DNA of 64,000 bases. Origin: the human T2T-CHM13v2.0 reference genome, Homo sapiens. Location: the NCBI RefSeq assembly GCF_009914755.1, contig NC_060937.1, one strand, 5' to 3'. How positions within the stretch are numbered: position 1 is the stretch's first letter; the number at the start of each line of letters is the position of its first letter. A program made the translations under genes and the position numbers. Shown in pieces: positions 18,557-37,787 of this stretch. The notes under the pieces are model-generated. The model searched no databases. It was not told the DNA's origin and saw only the letters and a list, made by a program, of their open reading frames with translations.

Positions 18557-20666
18557 TTATATATGATATCTGTTATATGTTATGTCATATGCTTTATATG
18601 TTATATATCACCTCATAAATATTATATGTCGTAATATATAATATTTATACTATGTCATATTATATATATTGTATATATTACATAACATATATAATATGTA
18701 GTACATATTATTCAACTTACATATGAAAATATATAATTATCGGTAACATAACATATAGTTATACATACTATGACATATAACATATATACTATATCATATA
18801 TGATATATAATATATCTATTTTCATTACATATTATAATTTATATATATTATAATTTATATAAGGATATAATATTTATGTAATATAATTAATTATATATGA
18901 TTATATAATTATATATCATATAAGTAGTAGTACATTTAATTACCTGTTTATATAGTTATATGTATAATAAAATAATTATATATATAATTATATATATCAT
19001 ATAATAGACAGCATACATAGTATATAATATATAATATATATTATACAATATAGGATGATAATATATATGATAGTTAATATATCATAATATATGTTTTAAT
19101 ATTATGTATGTAACATATATTATGAGATATATAATATATATTATGTAAGAAAAAATAATGTAATATAATATATAGTATATTATGATATATTATGTAAAGT
19201 ATGTAATAAAATTATATATAAAATAATATATAGTTATATACATTATATTATACATTTACATAAAATATTATACAGTTCTATATAATTTTAAATAGTTATA
19301 TGTAATTATAATATAAAACGTGTATAATATATATCATAAAATATATATTGTATACCATATACATTATGTATCATATATTGTATGTTACATATCATATATT
19401 GTATATCATATGTCATATATTCTGTGTTATACGTAACACATTCCACATATTGTATGTTATAAATTATATATAATATATGACATACATTATATTATATATG
19501 ATAAATTATACATTATACACAACATAGTATATATTATATGTAACATGTATATTCCATGTAAATTATATAATATATACGTATATTACATATAATAAATAAC
19601 ATAGACATATAATATATATATAATATATGTATTATTCATACAACGTATCATATATAATGTGTAACCCATATTATATATATGTCATAAAATACAATATATA
19701 TTATATGTCATATTTATATATACAATTATATATTATTATATGTTATTTTATAGTATATATAACATAGATATAATATATATATTACCTGTAATGTATATAA
19801 TATATAACGTAGACATAATATATAAAATATATATAATGTATATTATATATTTAATACGTATATTTACCATATAATCTATTCTATATATAATATATAACAT
19901 ATACTATATATGTCATAAAATATAATATATATTATATGTCATATTGTATAAATATAATACTTATATATTATCAATTATTGTATTACCTATAATATATGTA
20001 GTATCAGATGCAGGATGTAAAACAATATTATACATATGTGATATATATTATATATATGATACTATATATTATTATATACATAATGTATATATATATATTT
20101 TTGGGTGCCCTGTTTCCCATCTCATCACTTTTTTTTAAGAAGCGCAGCATAATAACGTGTGGGCTTGGGATTCAGGTTTTGAAACAAAACACGAAGCCTT
20201 CAATGACCTTTCGGTCTATGTAAAGGCACTCCTGTCTTCCTGGCAGCAGTTGGACCTCACAATGTGGATTGTGCCCTCAACCTGCAATGTTTATGCCTTA
20301 TCGCCATGGTGACGGGATTAGGGATCTCCTGCTCTTGGTCCTCAGGGCCAATTTCTGTGCTGTGTTTTTCAAAGGTCAGAACAGAGTGAACCTTTGTGGT
20401 TTTATTTTCCCTGAGTTTGATTTTTCTCATGGGGAACCCGTGTTGCTGCTTTGAAGGTGTATTCATACTGGCCTTTCAAATGCCAACTCTTCAAATTACT
20501 AGTTAATGCTTTCAAAACATGGTATTTAAAAAATTATCCTCTGTATTTTCCATATGCAGTTATAAATATGTTTCATGGTTATGTTTTATTCCTCAGTTTC
20601 TATATTTGATTATTGTACCAAGCAGAGTACCTTTGAAATTTTTTTTCATTTACAAAATATGTACCT

Positions 20667-20958
<292 letters not shown>

Positions 20959-23063
20959 TTATATATGATATCTGTTATATGTTATGTCATATGCTTTATA
21001 TGTAATATATCACCTCATATATATTATATGTCGTAATATATAATATTTATACTATGTCATATTATATATATTGTATATATTACATGAAATATATAATATG
21101 TAGTACATATTATTCAACTTACATATGAAAATATATAATTATCGGTAACATAACACATAGTTATATATACTATGATATATAACATATATACTATATCATA
21201 TATGATATATAATATATCTATTTTCATTACATATTATAATTTATATATATTATAATTTATATAAGGATATAATATTTCTGAAATATAATTAATTATATAT
21301 GATTATATAATTATATATCATATAAGTAGTAGTATATTTAATTACCTGTTTATATAGTTATATGTATAATAAAATAATTATATATATAATTATATATATC
21401 ATATGATAGACAGCATACATAGTATATAATATATAATATATATTATACAATATAGGATGATAATATATATGATAGTTAATATATCATAATATATGTTTTA
21501 ATATTATGTATGTAACATATATTATGAGATATATAATATATATTATGTAAGAAAAAATAATGTAATATAATATATAGTATATGATGATATATTATGTAAA
21601 GTATGTAATAAAATTATATATAAAATAATATATAGTTATATACATTATATTATACATTTACATAAAATATTATACAGTTCTATATAATTTTAAATAGTTA
21701 TATGTAATTATAATATAAAACGTGTATAATATATATCATAAAATATATATTGTATACCATATACATTATGTATCATATATTGTATGTTACATATCATATA
21801 TTGTATATCATATGTCATATATTCTGTGTTATATGTAACACATTCCACATATTGTATCTTATAAATTATATATAATATATGACATACATTATATTATATA
21901 TGATAAATTATACATTATACACAACATAGTATATATGATATGTAACATGTATATTCCATGTAAAATATATAATATATACATATATTACATATAATAAATA
22001 ACATAGACATGTAATATATATATAATATATGTATTATACATACAACGTATCATATATAATGTGTAACCCATATTATATATGTCATAAAATACAATATATA
22101 TTATATGTCATATTTATATATACAATTATATATTATTATATGTTATTTTATAGTATATATAACATAGATATAATATATATATTACCTGTAATGTATATAA
22201 TATATAACGTAGACATAATATATAAAATATATATAATGTATATTATATATTTAATACGTATATTAAACATATAATATATTCTATATATAATATATAACAT
22301 ATACTATATATGTCATAAAATATAATATATATTATATGTCATATTGTATAAATATAGTACTTATATATTATCAATTATTGTATTACCTATAATATATGTA
22401 GTATCAGATGCAGGATGTAAAACAATATTATACATATGTGATATATATTATATATATGATACTATATATTATTATATACATAATGTATATATATATATTT
22501 GTGGGTGCCCTGTTTCCCATCTCATCACTTGTTTTAAGAAGCGCAGCATAATAATGTGTGGGCTTGGGATTCAGTTTTTGAAACAAAACACGAAGCCTTC
22601 AATGACCTTTCGGTCTATGTATGCACTCCTGTCTTCCTGGCAGCAGTTGGACCTCACAATGTGGATTGTGCCCTCACCCTGCAATGTTTATGCCTTATCG
22701 CCATGGTGACAGGATTAGGGATCTCCTGCTCTTGGTCCTCAGGGCTACTGTCTGTGCTGTGTTTTTCAAAGGTCAGAACAGAGTGAACCTTTGTGGTTTT
22801 ATTTTCCCTGAGTTTGATTTTTCTCATGGGGAACCGGTGTTGCTGCTTTGAAGGTGTATTCATACTGGCCTTTCAAATGCCAACTCTTCAAATTACTAGT
22901 TAATGCTTTCAAAATATGGTATTTAAAAAATTATCCTCTGTATTTTCCATATGCAGTTATAAATATGTTTCATGGTTATGTTTTATTCCTCAGTTTCTAT
23001 ATTTGATTATTGTACCAAGCAGAGTACCTTTGAAATTTTTTTTCATTTACAAAATATGTACCT

Positions 23064-23355
<292 letters not shown>

Positions 23356-25467
23356 TTATATATGATATCTGTTATATGTTATGTCATATGCTTTATATGT
23401 AATATATCACCTCATATATATTATATGTCGTAATATATAATATTTATACTATGTCATATTATATATATTGTATATATTACATAACATATATAATATGTAG
23501 TACATATTATTCATCTTACATATGAAAATATATAATTATCGGTAACATAACATATAGTTATATATACTATGATATATAACATATATACTATATCATATAT
23601 GATATATAATATATCTATTTTCATTACATATTATAATTTATATATATTATAATTTATATAAGGATATAATATTTATGTAATATAATTAATTATATATGAT
23701 TATATAATTATATATCATATAAGTAATAGTATATTTAATTACCTGTTTATATAGTTATATGTATAATAAAATAATTATATATATAATTATATATATCATA
23801 TAATAGACAGCATACATACTATATTATATATAATATATATTAAACAATATAGGATGATAATATATATGATAGTTAATATATCATAATATAATATATGTTT
23901 TAATATTATGTATGTAACATATATTATGAGATATATAATATATATTATGTAATATAAAATAATGTAATATAATATATATTATATTATGATATATTATGTA
24001 AAGTATGTAATAAAATTATATATAAAATAATATACAGTTATATACATTATATTATACATTTACATAAAATATTATACAGTTCTATATAATTTTAAATAGT
24101 TATATGTAATTATAATATAAAACGTGTATAATATATATCATAAAATATATATTGTATACCATATACATTATGTATCATATATTGTATGTTACATATCATA
24201 TATTGTATATCATATGTCATATATTCTGTGTTATATGTAACACATTCCACATATTGTATGTTATAAATTATATATAATATATGACATACATTATATTATA
24301 TATGATAAATTATACATTATACACAACATAGTATATATTATATGTAACATGTATATTCCATGTAAAATATATAATATATACGTATATTACATATAATAAA
24401 TAACATAGACATATAATATATATATAATATATATATTATACATACAACGTATCATATATAATCTATAACACATATTATATATATGTCATAAAATAAAATA
24501 TATATTATATGTCATATTTATATATACAATTATATATTATTATATGTTATTTTATAGTATATATAACATAGATATAATATATATATTACCTGTAATGTAT
24601 ATAATATATAACGTAGACATAATATATAAAATATATATAATGTATATTATATATTTAATACGTATATTAACCATATAATATATTCTATATATAATATATA
24701 ATATGTAATATCTATGTTATAAAATATAATATATATTATATGCCATATTGTATAAATATAATACTTATATATTATCAATTATTGTATTACCTATAATATA
24801 TGTAGTATCAGATGCAGGATGTAAAACAACATTATATATATGTGATATATATTATATATATGATACTATATATTATTATATACATAATGTATATATATAT
24901 ATTTGTGGGTGCCCTGTTTCCCATCTCATCACTTGTTGTAAGAAGCGCAGCATAATAATGTGTGGGCTTGGGATTCAGTTTTTGAAACAAAACACGAAGC
25001 CTTCAATGACCTTTCGGTCTATGTATTCACTCCTGTCTTCCTGGCAGCAGTTGGACCTCACAATGTGGATTGTGCCCTCACCCTGCAATGTTTATGCCTT
25101 ATCGCCATGGTGACGGGATTAGGGATCTCCTGCTCTTGGTCCTCAGGGCCACTGTCTGTGCTGTGTTTTTCAAAGGTCAGAACAGAGTGAACCTTTGTGG
25201 TTTTATTTTCCCTGAGTTTGATTTTTCTCATGGGGAACCCGTGTTGCTGCTTTGAAGGTGTATTCATACTGGCCTTTCAAATGCCAACTCTTCAAATTAC
25301 TAGTTAATGCTTTCAAAATATGGTATTTAAAAAATTATCCTCTGTATTTTCCATATGCAGTTATAAATATGTTTCATGGTTATGTTTTATTCCTCAGTTT
25401 CTATATTTGATTATTGTACCAAGCAGAGTACCTTTGAAATTTTTTTTCATTTACAAAATATGTACCT

Positions 25468-25759
<292 letters not shown>

Positions 25760-27871
25760 TTATATATGATATCTGTTATATGTTATGTCATATGCTTTAT
25801 ATGTAATATATCACCTCATATATATTATATGTCGTAATATATAATATTTATACTATGTCATATTATATATATTGTATATATTACATAACATATATAATAT
25901 GTAGTACATATTATTCATCTTACATATGAAAATATATAATTATCGGTAACATAACATATAGTTATATATACTATGACATATAACATATATACTATATCAT
26001 ATATGATATATAATATATCTATTTTCATTACATATTATAATTTATATATATTATAATTTATATAAGGATATAATATTTATGTAATATAATTATTTATATA
26101 TAATTATATAATTATATATCATATAAGTAATAGTATATTTAATTACCTGTTTATATAGTTATATGTATAATAATATAATTTTATATATAATTATATATAT
26201 CATATAATAGACAGCATACATACTATATTATAAATAATATATATTATACAATATAGGATGATAATATATATGATAGTTAATATATCATAATATAATATAT
26301 GTTTTAATATTATGTATGTAACATATATTATGAGATATATAATATATATTATGTAATATAAAATAATGTAATATAATATATATTATATTATGATATTTTA
26401 TGTAAAGTATGTAATAAAATTATATATAAAATAATATACAGTTATATACATTATATTATACATTTACATAAAATATTATACAGTTCTATATAATTTTAAA
26501 TAGTTATATGTAATTATAATATAAAACGTGTATAATATATATCATAAAATATATATTGTATACCATATACATTATGTATCATATATTGTATGTTACATAT
26601 CATATATTGTATATCATATGTCATATATTCTGTGTTATATGTAACACATTCCACATATTGTATGTTATAAATTATATATAATATATGACATACATTATAT
26701 TATATATGATAAATTATACATTATACACAACATAGTATATATTATATGTAACATGTATATTCCATGTAAAATATATAATATATACGTATATTACATACAA
26801 TAAATAACATAGACATATAATATATATATAATATATATATTATACATACAACGTATCATATATAATCTATAACACATATTATATATATGTCATAAAATAA
26901 AATATATATTATATGTCATATTTATATATACAATTATATATTATTATATGTTATTTTATAGTATATATAACATAGATATAATATATATATTACCTGTAAT
27001 GTATATAATATATAACGTAGACATAATATATAAAATATATATAATGTATATTATATATTTAATACGTATATTAACCATATAATATATTCTATATATAATA
27101 TATAATATATAATATATATGTCATAAAATATAATATATATTATATGCCATATTGTATAAATATAATACTTATATATTATCAATTATTGTATTACCTATAA
27201 TATATGTAGTATCAGATGCAGGATGTAAAACAACATTATATATATGTGATATATATTATATATATGATACTATATATTATTATATACATAATGTATATAT
27301 ATATATTTGTGGGTGCCCTGTTTCCCATCTCATCACTTGTTGTAAGAAGCGCAGCATAATAATGTGTGGGCTTGGGATTCAGTTTTTGAAACAAAACACG
27401 AAGCCTTCAATGACCTTTCGGTCTATGTATTCACTCCTGTCTTCCTGGCAGCAGTTGGACCTCACAATGTGGATTGTGCCCTCACCCTGCAATGTTTATG
27501 CCTTATCGCCATGGTGACGGGATTAGGGATCTCCTGCTCTTGGTCCTCAGGGCCACTGTCTGTGCTGTGTTTTTCAAAGGTCAGAACAGAGTGAACCTTT
27601 GTGGTTTTATTTTCCCTGAGTTTGATTTTTCTCATGGGGAACCCGTGTTGCTGCTTTGAAGGTGTATTCATACTGGCCTTTCAAATGCCAACTCTTCAAA
27701 TTACTAGTTAATGCTTTCAAAATATGGTATTTAAAAAATTATCCTCTGTATTTTCCATATGCAGTTATAAATATGTTTCATGGTTATGTTTTATTCCTCA
27801 GTTTCTATATTTGATTATTGTACCAAGCAGAGTACCTTTGAAATTTTTTTTCATTTACAAAATATGTACCT

Positions 27872-28163
<292 letters not shown>

Positions 28164-30274
28164 TTATATATGATATCTGTTATATGTTATGTCATATGCT
28201 TTATATGTAATATATCACCTCATATATATTATATGTCGTAATATATAATATTTATACTATGTCATATTATATATATTGTATATATTACATAACATATATA
28301 ATATGTAGTACATATTATTCATCTTACATATGAAAATATATAATTATCGGTAACATAACATATAGTTATATATACTATGATATATAACATATATACTATA
28401 TCATATATGATATATAATATATCTATTTTCATTACATATTATAATTTATATATATTATAATTTATATAAGGATATAATATTTATGTAATATAATTAACTA
28501 TATATGATTATATAATTATATATCATATAAGTAATAGTATATTTAATTACCTGTTTATATAGTTATATGTATAATAAAATAATTATATATATAATTATAT
28601 ATATCATATAATAGACAGCATACATATTATATAATATATAATATATATTATACAATATAGGATGATAATATATATGATAGTTAATATATCATAATATAAT
28701 ATATGTTTTAATATTATGTATGTAACATATATTATGAGATATATAATATATATTATGTAATATAAAATAATGTGATATAATATATATTATATTACGATAT
28801 ATTATGTAAAGTATGTAATAAAATTATATATAAAATAATATATAGTTATATACATTATATTATACATTTACATAAAATATTATACAGTTCTATATAATTT
28901 TAAATAGTTATATATAATTATAATATAAAACGTGAATAATATATATCATAAAATATATATTGTATACAATATACATTATGTATCATATGTTGTATGTTAC
29001 ATATCATATATTGTATATCATATGTCATATATTCTGTGTTATATGTTACACATTGCACATATTGTATGTTATAAATTATATATAATATATGACATACATT
29101 ATGTTATATATGATAAATTATACATTATGCACAACATAGAATATATTATATGTAACATGTATATTCCATGTAAAATATATAATATATACGTATATTACAT
29201 ATAATAAATAACATAGACATATAATATATATATAATATATGTATTATACATACAATGTATCATATATAATATATAACACATATATATATGTCATAAAATA
29301 CAATATATATTATATGTCATATTTATATATACAATTATATATTATTATATGTTATTTTATAGTATATATAACGTAGATATAATATATATATTACCTGTAA
29401 TGTATATAATATATAACGTAGACATAATATATAAAATATATATAATGTATATTATATATTTAATACGTATATTAACCATATAATATATTCTATATATAAT
29501 ATATAATATATACTATATGTGTCATAAAATATAATATATATTATATGTCATATTGTATAAATATAATTCTTATATATTATCAATTATTGTATTACCTATA
29601 ATATATGTAGTATCAGATGCAGGATGTAAAACAATATTATACATATGTGATATATATTATATATATGATACTATATATTATTATATACATAATGTATATA
29701 TATATATTTGTGGGTACCCTGTTTCCCATCTCATCACTTGTTTTAAGAAGCGCAGCACAATAATGTGTGGGCTTGGGATTCAGTTTTTGAAACAAAACAC
29801 GAAGCCTTCAATGACCTTTCGGTCTATGTAAAGGCACTCCTGTCTTCCTGGCAGCAGTTGGACCTCACAATGTGGATTGTGCCCTCACCCTGCAATGTTT
29901 ATGCCTTATCGCCATGGTGACGGGATTAGGGATCTCCTGCTCTTGGTCCTCAGGGCCACTGTCTGTGCTGTGTTTTTCAAAGGTCAGAACAGAGTGAACC
30001 TTTGTGGTTTTATTTTCCCTGAGTTTGATTTTTCTCATGGGGAACCTGTGTTGCTGCTTTGAAGGTGTATTCATACTGGCCTTTCAAATGCCAACTCTTC
30101 AAATTACTAGTTAATGCTTTCAAAACATGGTATTTAAAAAATTATCCTCTGTATTTTCCATATGCAGTTATAACTATGTTTCATGGTTATGTTTTATTCC
30201 TCAGTTTCTATATTTGATTATTGTACCAAGCAGAGTACCTTTGAAATTTTTTTTCATTTACAAAATATGTACCT

Positions 30275-30566
<292 letters not shown>

Positions 30567-32680
30567 TTATATATGATATCTGTTATATGTTATGTCATAT
30601 GCTTTATATGTAATATATCACTTCATATATATTATATGTCGTAATATATAATATTTATACTATGTCATATTATATATATTGTATATATTACATAACATAT
30701 ATAATATGTAGTACATATTATTCATCTTACATATGAAAATATATAATTATCGGTAACATAACATATAGTTATATATACTATGATATATAACATATATACT
30801 ATATCATATATGATATATAATATATCTATTTTCATTACATATTATAATTTATATATATTATAATTTATATAAGGATATAATATTTATGTAATATAATTAA
30901 CTATATATGATTATATAATTATATATCATATAAGTAATGGTATATTTAATTACCTGTTTATATAGTTATATGTATAATAAAATAATTATATATATAATTA
31001 TATATATCATATAAAAGACAGCATACATATTATATAATATATAATATATATTATACAATATAGGATGATAATATATATGATAGTTAATATATCATAATAT
31101 AATATATGTTTTAATATTATGTATGTAACATATATTAAGAGATATATAATATATATTATGTAATATAAAATAATGTAATATAATATATATTATATTATGA
31201 TATATTATGTAAAGTATGTAATAAAATTATATATAAAATAATATATAGTTATATACATTATATTATACATTTACATAAAATATTATACAGTTCTATATAA
31301 TTTTAAATAGTTATATGTAATTATAATATAAAACGTGTATAATATATATCATAAAATATATATTGTATACCATATACATTATGTATCATATATTGTATGT
31401 TACATATCATATATTGTATATCATATGTCATATATTCTGTGTTATATGTAACACATTCCACATATTGTATGTTATAAATTATATATAATATATGACATAC
31501 ATTATATTATATATGATAAATTATACATTATACACAACATAGTATATATTATATGTAACATGTATATTCCATGTAACATATATAATATATTCGTATATTA
31601 CATATAATAAATAACATAGACATATAATATATATATAATATATGTATTATACATACAACGTATCATATATAATATGTAACACATATTATATATATGTCAT
31701 AAAATACAATATATATTATATGTCATATTTATATATACAATTATATATTATTATATGTTATTTTACAGTATATATAACATAGATATAATATATATATTAC
31801 CTGTAATGTATATAATATATAACGTAGATATAATATATAAAATATATATAATGTATATTATATATTTAATACGTATATTAACCATATAATATATTCTATA
31901 TACAATATATAATATATACTATATATGTCATAAAATATAATATATATTATATGTCATATTGTATAAATATAATACTTATATACTATCAATTGTTGTATTA
32001 CCTATAATATATGTAGTATCAGATGCAGGATGTAAAACAATATTATACATATGTGATATATATTACATATATGATACTATATATTATTATATACATAATG
32101 TATATATATATATTTGTGGGTGCCCTGTTTCCCATCTCATCACTTGTTTTAAGAAGCGCAGCATAATAACGTGTCGGCTTGGGATTCAGGTTTTGAAACA
32201 AAACACGAAGCCTTCAATGATCTTTCGGTGAATGTAAAGGCACTCCTGTCTTCCTGGCAGCAGTTGGACCTCACAATGTGGATTGTGCCCTCACCCTGCA
32301 ATGTTTATGCCTTATCGCCATGGTGACGGGATTAGGGATCTCCTGCTCTTGGTCCTCAGGGCCACTGTCTGTGCTGTGTTTTTGAAAGGTCAGAACAGAG
32401 TGAACCTTTGTGGTTTTATTTTCCCTGAGTTTGATTTTTCTCATGGGGAACCGGTGTTGCTGCTTTGAAGGTGTATTCATACTGGCCTTTCAAATGCCAA
32501 CTCTTCAAATTACTAGTTAATGCTTTCAAAACATGGTATTTAAAAAATTATCCTCTGTATTTTCCATATGCAGTTATAAATATGTTTCATGGTTATGTTT
32601 TATTCCTCAGTTTCTATATTTGATTATTGTACCAAGCAGAGTACCTTTGAAATTTTTTTTCATTTAAAAAATATGTACCT

Positions 32681-32972
<292 letters not shown>

Positions 32973-35088
32973 TTATATATGATATCTGTTATATGTTATG
33001 TCATATGCTTTATATGTAATATATCACCTCATATATATTATATGTCGTAATATATAATATTTATACTATGTCATATTATATATATTGTATATATTACATA
33101 ACATATATAATATGTAGTACATATTATTCATCTTACATATGAAAATATATAATTATCGGTAACATAACATATAGTTATATATACTATGACATATAACATA
33201 TATACTATATCATATATGATATATAATATATCTATTTTCATTACATATTATAATTTATATATATTATAATTTATATAAGGATATAATATTTATGTAATAT
33301 AATTAATTATATATGATTATATAATTATATATCATATAAGTAATAGTATATTTAATTACCTGTTTATATAGTTATATGTATAATAAAATAATTATATATA
33401 TAATTATATATATCATATAATAGACAGCATACATACTATATAATATATAATATATATTATACAATATAGGATGATAATATAGATGATAGTTAATATATCA
33501 TAATATAATATATGTTTTAATATTATGTATGTAACATATATTATGAGATATATAATATATATTATGTAATATAAAATAATGTAATATAATATATAGTATA
33601 TTATGATATATTATGTAAAGTATGTAACAAAATTATATATAAAATAATATATAGTTATATACATTATATTATACATTTACATAAAATATTATACATTTGT
33701 ATATAATTTTAAATAGTTATAAATAATTATAATATAAAACGTGTATAATATATATCATAAAACATATATTGCATACCATATACATTATGTATCATATATT
33801 GTATGTTACATATCATATATGGTATATCATTTGTCATATATTCTGTGTTATATGTAACACGTTCCACATATTGTATGTTATAAATTATATATAATATATG
33901 ACATACATTATATTATATATGATAAATTATACATTATACACAACATAGTATATATTATATGTAACATGCATATTCCATGTAACATATATAATATATTCGT
34001 ATATTACATATAATAAATAACATAGACATATAATATATATATATAATATATGTATTATACATACAACGTATCATATATAATATGTAACACATATTATATA
34101 TATGTCATAAAATACAATATATATTATATGTCATATTTATATATACAATTATATATTATTATACGTTATTTTATAGTATATATAACATAGATATAATATA
34201 TATATTACCTGTAATGTATATAATATATAACGTAGACATAATATATAAAATATATATAATGTATATTATATATTTAATACATATATTAAACATATAATAT
34301 ATTCTATATATAATATATAATATATACTATATATGTCATAAACTATAGTATATATTATATGTCATATTGTATAAATATAGTACTTATATATTATCAATTA
34401 TTGTATTACCTATAATATATGTAGTATCAGATGCAGGATGTAAAACAATATTATACATATGTGATATATATTATATATATGATACTATATATTATTATAT
34501 ATATAATGTATATATATATATTTGTGGGTGCCCTGTTTCCCATCTCATCACTTGTTTTAAGAAGCGCAGCATAATAATGTGTGGGCTTGGGATTCAGTTT
34601 TTGAAACAAAACACGAAGCCTTCAATGACCTTTCGGTCTATGTAAAGGCACTCCTGTCTTCCTGGCAGCAGTTGGACCTCACAATGTGGATTGTGCCCTC
34701 ACCCTGCAATGTTTATGCCTTATCGCCATGGTGACGGGATTAGGGATCTCCTGCTCTTGGTCCTCAGGGCCACTGTCTGTGCTGTGTTTTTCAAAGGTCA
34801 GAACAGAGTGAACCTTTGTGGTTTTATTTTCCCTGAGTTTGATTTTTCTCATGGGGAACCCGTGTTGCTGCTTTGAAGGTGTATTCATACTGGCCTTTCA
34901 AATGCCAACTCTTCAAATTACTAGTTAATGCTTTCAAAACATGGTATTTAAAAAATTATCCTCTGTATTTTCCATATGCAGTTATAAATATGTTTCATGG
35001 TTATGTTTTATTCCTCAGTTTCTATATTTGATTATTGTACCAAGCAGAGTACCTTTGAAATTTTTTTTCATTTACAAAATATGTACCT

Positions 35089-35380
35089 TGGCTCAGGCCT
35101 GTAATCCCAGCAAATTTGGAGGCCAAGGCAAGGGGATCACAAGGTGAAGAGATCAAGACCATCCTGGCCAACACAGTGAAACGCTGTCACTACTAAAAAT
35201 CCAAAAAATTAGCTAGGCATGGTGGCAGCTGGTGTAGTCCCAGTGTGGTGTAGTCCCAGCTACCTGGGAGGCTGAGGGAGGACAATCGCTTGGACCCGTG
35301 AGGCAGATGTTGCAGTGAGGAAAGATGGCGCCATTGTACTCCACCCTGTGCAACAGGACAAGACACTGTCGAAAGAAAAA
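35089..35380 (+). mobile_element. Alu, unit 15
   Basis: Same Alu landmarks; 3' variant CTGTCGAAAG. Confidence 0.95.
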
Positions 35381-37495
35381 TTATATATGATATCTGTTAT
35401 ATGTTATGTCATATGCTTTATATGTAATATATCACCTCATATATATTATATGTGGTAATATATAATATTTATACTATGTCATATTATATATATTGTATAT
35501 AATACATAACATATATAATATGTAGTACATATTATTCATCTTACATATGAAAATATATAATTATCGGTAACATAACATATAGTTATATATACTATGATAT
35601 ATAACATATATACTATATCATATATGATATATAATATATCTATTTTCATTACATATTATAATTCATATATATTATAATTTATATAAGGATATAATATTTA
35701 TGTAATATAATTAATTATATATGATTATATAATTATATATCATATAAGTAATAGTATATTTAATTACCTGTTTATATAGTTATATGTATAATAAAATAAT
35801 TATATATAAAATTATATCTATCATATAATAGACAGCATACATACTATATAATATATAATATATATTATACAATATAGGATGATAATATATATGATAGTTA
35901 ATATATCATAATATAATATATGTTTTAATATTATTTATGTAACATATATTATGAGATATATAATATATATTATGTAATTTAAAATAATGTAATATAATAT
36001 ATATTATATTATGATATATTATGTAAAGTATGTAATAAAATTATATATAAAATAATATATAGTTATATACATTATATTATTCATTTACATAAAATATTAT
36101 ACAGTTCTATATAATTATAAATAGTTATATGTAATTATAATATAAAACGTGTATAATATATATCATAAAATATATATTGTATACCATATACATTATGTAT
36201 CATATATTGTATGTTACATATCATATATTGTATATCATATGTCATATATTCTGTGTTATATGTAACACATTCCACATATTGTATGTTATAAATTATATAT
36301 AATATATGACATACATTATATTATATATGATAAATTATACATTATACACAACATAGTATATATTATATGTAACATGTATATTCCATGTAAAATATATAAT
36401 ATATACGTATATTACATATAATAAATAACATAGACATATAATATATATATAATATATGTATTATACATACAACGTATTCATATATAATATGTAACACATA
36501 TTATATATATGTCATAAAATACAATATATATTATATGTCATATTTATATATACAATTATATATTATTATATGTTATTTTATGGTATATATAACATAGATA
36601 TAATATATATATTACCTGTAATGTATATAATATATAACGTAGACATAATATATAAAATATATATAATGTATATTATATATTTAATACGTATATTAACCAT
36701 ATAATATATTCTATATATAATATATAATATATACTATATATGTCATAAAATATAATATATATTATATGTCATATTGTATAAATATAATACTTATATATTA
36801 TCAATTATTGTATTACCTATAATATATGTAGTATCAGATGCAGGATGTAAAACAATATTATACATATGTGATATATATTATATATATGATACTATATATT
36901 ATTATATACATAATGTATATATATATATTTGTGGGTGCCCTGTTTCCCATCTCATCACTTGTTTTAAGAAGCGCAGCATAATAATGTGTGGGCATGGGAT
37001 TCAGTTTTTGAAACAAAACACGAAGCCTTCAATGACCTTTTGGTCTAAGTAAAGGCACTCCTGTCTTCCTGGCAGCAGTTGAACCTCACAATGTGGATTG
37101 TGCCCTCACCCTGCAATGTTTATGCCGTATCGACATGGTGACGGGATTAGGGATCTCCTGTTCTTGGTCCTAAGGGCCACTGTCTCTGCTGTGTTTTTCA
37201 AAGGTCAGCACAGAGTGAACCTTTGTGGTTTTATTCTCCCTGAGTTTGATTTTTCTCATGGGGAACCTGTGTTGCTGCTTTGAAGGTGTATTTATACTGG
37301 CCTTTCAAATGCCAACTCTTCAAATTACTAGTTAATGCTTTCAAAACATGTTATTTAAAAAATTATCCTCTGTATTTTCCATATGCAGTTATAAATATGT
37401 TTCATGGTTATGTTTCATTCCTCAGTTTATATATTTGATTACTGTACCAAGCAGAGTACCTTTGAAATTTTTTTTCATCTAAAAAATATATATCT

Positions 37496-37787
37496 TGGTT
37501 CAGGCCTGTAATCCCAGCAAATTTGGAGGCCAAGGCAAGGGGATCACAAGGTGAAGAGATCAAGACCATCCTGGCCGATACAGTGAAACGCTGTCACTAC
37601 TAAAAATCCAAAAAATTAGCTGGGCATGGTGGCAGCTGGTGTAGTCCCAGTGTGGTGTATTCCCAGCTACCTGAGAGGCTGAGGGAGGGCAATCGCTTAA
37701 ACCCGTGAGGCAGATGTTGCAGTGAGCAAATTTGGTGCCATTGTACTCCACCCTGTGCAACAGGACAACACTCTCTCTAAAAAAAAA
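37496..37787 (+). mobile_element. Alu, unit 16 (right-edge subtype)
   Basis: Alu landmarks with CCGATACAG, GGGCAATCGC, AATTTGGTGCC and a pure A tail. Confidence 0.95.
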